Below are positions 59,259 to 64,000 of a stretch of DNA of 64,000 bases, in pieces (the first letter of the stretch is position 1; every line of letters begins with the position of its first letter). A program made the position numbers and the translations under genes. Under the pieces are notes generated by a model. That model did no database searches. It saw nothing but the letters and a program-made list of their open reading frames with translations, and was not told the DNA's origin. Source of the stretch: Eledone cirrhosa (lineage: Eukaryota); assembly GCA_964016885.1 (NCBI GenBank), contig OZ024742.1, positions 27,838,001 through 27,902,000 of the forward strand, read 5' to 3'.

Positions 59259-59580
59259 CTAACAAAGACACAGAAGGGAAAAGTAAATAAATATTTTGCA
59301 TTTTACTAGAGAAAATAATATTAATAATAATAATTACGTTAAACGTTGATGATGATGATGATGATGATGTTTCTACTTTTGGCACAAGGCCAACTAATAC
59401 ACCAGTGTATTACTGGTACTTTATTTTATCGACCCCGTAAGGATGAAAGGCAAAGTTAACCTCGGCGGGATTTGAACTCAGAATGGCAAGGGCCATAACT
59501 CAAAGCATGGTGTCCAACCCTCTACCGATACTGCCAATCCACTGCCCTTAATAATAATAATGATATAATAATAATAATAT

Positions 59581-60005
59581 ATCATCATCACCGTTTTACG
59601 TCTGTTCTTCCACGCTAGCATGGGTTAGACGGATTGTCCTGTTATGGGCAGTGTCTGGTCAGCTGACCTTGTCCTGCTCATACGGGAACTGAATCTGGCT
59701 TGATTTCTACAGCTGGATGCCCTTCCTAACACCAACCTCATTTACAGTGAGTGCTGGGTGCTTTTTTTTCCATGGTGCCTACACGTCCACTTTACAGTGT
59801 GGGCTGGGTGCTCTTTTGCCATGACACCTCCACGACCACTTTGCCCTGGAATGATAGGGACCCCAGTCCCATCATCTCATTTCTACAGCTGAGTAAACTG
59901 GAGCAATGTGAAATAAAGTGTCTTGTTCAAGGAAACAACCCATTACCCAATCCGAGAATTGAACTCACAACCTTTCGATTGCAAGCCCAATGCTCTAACC
60001 ACTAA

Positions 60006-60010
<5 letters not shown>
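59581..60010 (-). mobile_element. Full-length tRNA-SINE with CORE/MESC-like body and RTE-derived 3' tail
   Basis: A and B boxes, body 'ttgtttccttgaacaagacact...ttgctccagtttactcagctgtag', and a tail matching the RTE 3' UTR at 10705-10964. Confidence 0.88.
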
Positions 60011-60086
<76 letters not shown>

Positions 60087-60088
<2 letters not shown>

Positions 60089-60248
60089 AGTGGTGCTGAG
60101 ACCAGGGAGACCACTAATCACGGGAGTACTCAATGCATGGGGAGATGCAGAGTGGATATAGAGATAGGTAAAATCCCGACCGCTGCCAAGCTGTTTCTTT
60201 TGGTGCCATGGTCGGGATTTTACCTCTCTCTCTCTCTATCTATCTATA

Positions 60249-60250
<2 letters not shown>
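60087..60250 (-). mobile_element. Fold-back pseudo-LTR island between (TA)(GA)n and (TC)(TA)n
   Basis: Arms aggtaaaatcccgacc / ggtcgggattttacct. Minus-strand GAAA-cagc-TT half-core and CCACTCT...ATTGAGTACT (60125-60134). Confidence 0.65.
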
Positions 60251-60320
<70 letters not shown>

Positions 60321-60329
60321 ATATATATT

Positions 60330-60708
60330 ACATTCAAAGTTATAGATGTCATGATTGAAATAATCTCGAACATGTCTCCTGTCTCCCAAAATCAGTTCAT
60401 AGAAAAAATTCAAGGAATAAATCCAAAGATATAAATATTATATTGAATGCCATATACATACACAAACATATCTAATGATATAATCATATAAAAAGATATA
60501 TCAAACTTTAGTAAGAGACAATATGTATGGAATATAAGAATACATAGCTTGTTACTGTATCACATTAAAATTCAACAAAATTTACAATATAGATACCTGA
60601 TAAAAATCATAGATTGTTTCTTATTGTTTGATATTGTTTGATATATCTTTTTACACATTTATATCATTAGATATTTATGTGTATGTATATGGCATTCACT
60701 ATTTTATT
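60330..60708. mobile_element. Fold-back island in TA-rich flanks
   Basis: Inverted arms ~60434-60506/60636-60708. Confidence 0.6.
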
Positions 60709-63700
60709 ATATATATATATTTATGTGTGTGTGTGTGTAATCAGCTCCTAATTATTACTGGAATTCTATAAGAATCCAGCTTCTATAATGTTCAGCAAGG
60801 GCAGGTGAGTGCGTGTTGATACACGCCAACCAGTGAGAAACAGCTGTCAGCCTCTCTCCCAGCCTTTGTTGAAAATAAGTAAGTAAGTAATATAGACATT
60901 ACTTTAAAACTGATAGCAAATGGTCTTCTAAATGTTTCTAATTAAACATACGGTATATTGCCAAATATTCTATACATACATATATATGTATATATATTGT
61001 GAATAATCAATCACTTTTATATGATAGATTATCATACTGTTGTACAAATAATTTCAAATCGTTCAAAGCATATGATGTACATGTGACTGTGTAAAATACG
61101 TGAAGTGAACAATCTGGTGAGTTAATTTTGTGGCTTATGTTGGAAAGACATCCGGCAAGAAATGAAAGCAAATTTGAAGGAAGAGGAAAAACACTAATAA
61201 TAATTGTTTCTACTTTTGACACAAGGCCAGCAATTACCCAGTGCATTACTGCTACTTTATTTTATCAATCCCATAAGGATGAAAGGCAAAGTTAACCTCG
61301 GCGGGATTTGAACTCAGAACGGTAAGGGCCGCTCTATGAGTCAAAACATGGCGTCCGACCCTCTACCGATACTTCCAATCCACAATGATAATGTTTTCTA
61401 ATTTAGACACAAGACCAGCAATTTGTGGGGAAGAGGGACGTTTATATCAACCCCAGTACTTTACTTGTATTCAATTTATCAACCACGGAAGGATGAAAGG
61501 CAAAGTTGGCCTTGGCAGGATTTGAACTCATGCAGAGAACAGGAATAAAAGGGCCGCAAAATGTTTTATCCATAATAATATAGTATGGTTGTAGATTTGG
61601 AAACTAACTAAATTCTGGTGGCTAGCAAGAAAATGAGACAGATTCAATCAACTGTGTTTAGTTTTTATTCAATATTTCTTAAACTGTTATGAGTTTAGCT
61701 GTAATTTATTATAGCATTCAGAATAATGTCATAAATTTTATATTCACTGCTTCTGTCTCTCTCACTCTCCTCATCTCTCACTATTATGAGAAAATGGAGG
61801 CCCAGGCACTGGCTGCCCTTTGGCCTAGGTTGACATAATAGAGAATGCAACCTAGTATTGTTATGGTGTACCATGAGTTACATTATAATACACAACATGA
61901 GTATATAGAAATAGCTTCTAATTTAGAGTGCACAGGTGGACCTGGTCGACTCAACGCACAATGATGCCTCTGTGATCATTGACCTAGGATGACACCAGTC
62001 TCATCGAGCAAGAGCAAGAAGAAATAGGCCACAATAGCAATAGTAGATTATACTAATTGACACCATTATGTAACAGTTTTTCTTTATATACCCAGCAACT
62101 TTTAGAGAAAAGTTTATATAGTACACAACCCCACCTCTTCTTGATTTAGGAAATGAAATAATGAAATACTGTGGAAACCTTAACATAAAGTGAAATCACC
62201 AGAAAACATAAAGTAAAACTGACATAATATTCTCTGAGAAAAATGACAGTAATGTAGTAATTATAAACATAACAGTACTAAATGATGATAATACTGACAA
62301 TTTAATAGGAGACACCGATTTAGATGTATTAAAAATATCAGAGAAGTTAAGGAATGTGTTTATCATACCATTTGTAATTGGTATAACTAGAATAATACAC
62401 AACCTCTTGACAGATTGTCTATAAAGATAGGCATAGGCATATTAGAGAAAATATCTATTCTAGCATCTGTAATTATTATCAAGGCATTCTCACAAAGTAT
62501 TTGTTAACCACAAATAGCGTAATGCATGTTATTAAAGATATGCCTAATTGCCTTTGATGTAAGAAAGGACCTCTTGATGTATCTATTAAACCATTAATAT
62601 AAAAATTGCAATGTTGATAATTAGAAACATAGCAAAGACCAAATCTCAGACTGACTCTTCTCAACTTCAGGCCAAAAAATAGTTTAACCCTTAACAATTA
62701 TTGATTATCTGTAAAGCTCAAGTGATACCAACAATGAAATACTGCTCCCACACCTAGGACAGTTTTCATCATCATCATTATCATCATCACTGTTTAGCAT
62801 CCATTTTTCCATGCTAGTATGGGTTAGATGAGTTATCCTGTTGTGAGCAATAACAGGTCAGGTGACCATGTCTTGCTCATACAGAATTGATTTTGGCTTA
62901 GTTTCTACAGCTGGATGCCCTTCTTAATGCCAACCTCATTTACAGTGAGTACTGGGTACTTTTTCTTTATTAGTAACACAGTCATCGTAGACTACACCCA
63001 GATAAGAGCTACCTGGTTAATCAGCCTGAACTTCCTCACAGACACTCTCCAGCTTCTGGCCTCATAGATGTGGCATCTCTTCTTTCTAACTTTTCTATTG
63101 CAACTATAATGGTTTCAGTACTTCAGATCTGGTTGCTCTCATGCCACCTCTATTTAGGCATTACTGACTCCCTCCTCTCAGTCTACGTGTTTACCCCACC
63201 CAAATTAATCATCAATGTTCCGAGAGGTTCACAGTCCAATTTTCAAGATGCAGTAGTTTTGATATATGTTGCTCCCTCTTTATAGTAAGCAGGACAGAAC
63301 CAATGTAATTGCGGGAAATATAGCTGCCAGAATTTGAATTTTTCGCCTCCAGAGTTAAGCAGCAAATTGGCAGAGTCGTTAGAACATCCGATAAAATACT
63401 TTGTAGTATTTGTTTCGTTTTATGCTCTCTGAGTTCAAATCCCACTGAGGTCAACTTTGCCTTTCATCCATTTGAGGTTGATAAAAAAAAAGTACCAGTC
63501 TAGTACTTGCGTTGATTTTTCCTCTATGTCTTTTTCTCACTTCCATTCTTTCATTCACTCTACCTTACTCTTGAAAAACTCTGCTGTATTCAGGCCTGGA
63601 GAGGAGATGGGCTCCACCAGGTTTTTAAATGCCCTAGAAACACCATATGTCAATATGGCACCCATATGACACACTCAAAAGTTACCATGCAACTTCACTG

Positions 63701-64000
63701 TTAGACACCATCACTTGGGTGTATATTTTAGTTGGTGTTTAGTGTAGGTTGTCAGCATATTTATTTTAGCTTTATGGTGTGTTATGATTGTTTATTTATT
63801 ATACTCTATACAATGGCTTTGAAACTTATTGTGTTATGTAATTCATATCACATTTTAGGGAAAACCTAGAGGAAGTAAATTTTAATAAAAAATTAAAAAT
63901 TAAATGAAACAAAAGTTATTTCAGAGAGAGAATATATTCATAATAAAAGAAAAGATATATAATAAATTTTATTGAAAGGCACATTTGCTCATGAAACCCA

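Noticed and set aside
62001-62697. Run of hydrophobic minus-strand ORFs, possibly a decayed membrane-protein gene or NUMT
   Set aside because: Multiple stops and no recognisable motif; hydrophobicity is expected from T-rich sequence. A blastx search would be needed.

Overview
This is AT-rich, repeat-dominated animal genomic DNA. The repeat repertoire (Nin-domain tRNA-SINEs, RTE-tailed SINEs, very long (TA)n/(CA)n arrays) suggests an octopod cephalopod; that assignment is inference. Nearly all ORF-track entries are translations of microsatellites. The only convincing host coding sequence is one phase 1-1 Ig-domain exon (58968-59258, minus strand, Dpr/zig-8-like). Mobile elements include 5'-truncated non-LTR retrotransposons (three RTE families, plus CRE-like, Tx1-like and R4/Dong-like pieces), two Penelope-like (Naiad-type) GIY-YIG fragments, many SINEs, and several MITEs, one a clean hAT MITE with an 8-bp TSD. 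The most notable structure is about a dozen 150-450 bp non-coding islands embedded in (TA)n arrays. Many carry minimal or variant hammerhead-ribozyme cores, and several are fold-back palindromes. In five of them the inverted arm stops at the same relative position, just upstream of a conserved bipartite motif (CACTCT-like box ... RTYGAGTRCT). A version of that motif is also present in the 3' end of the coding Penelope-like element. All coordinates were read by eye and element ends are approximate.
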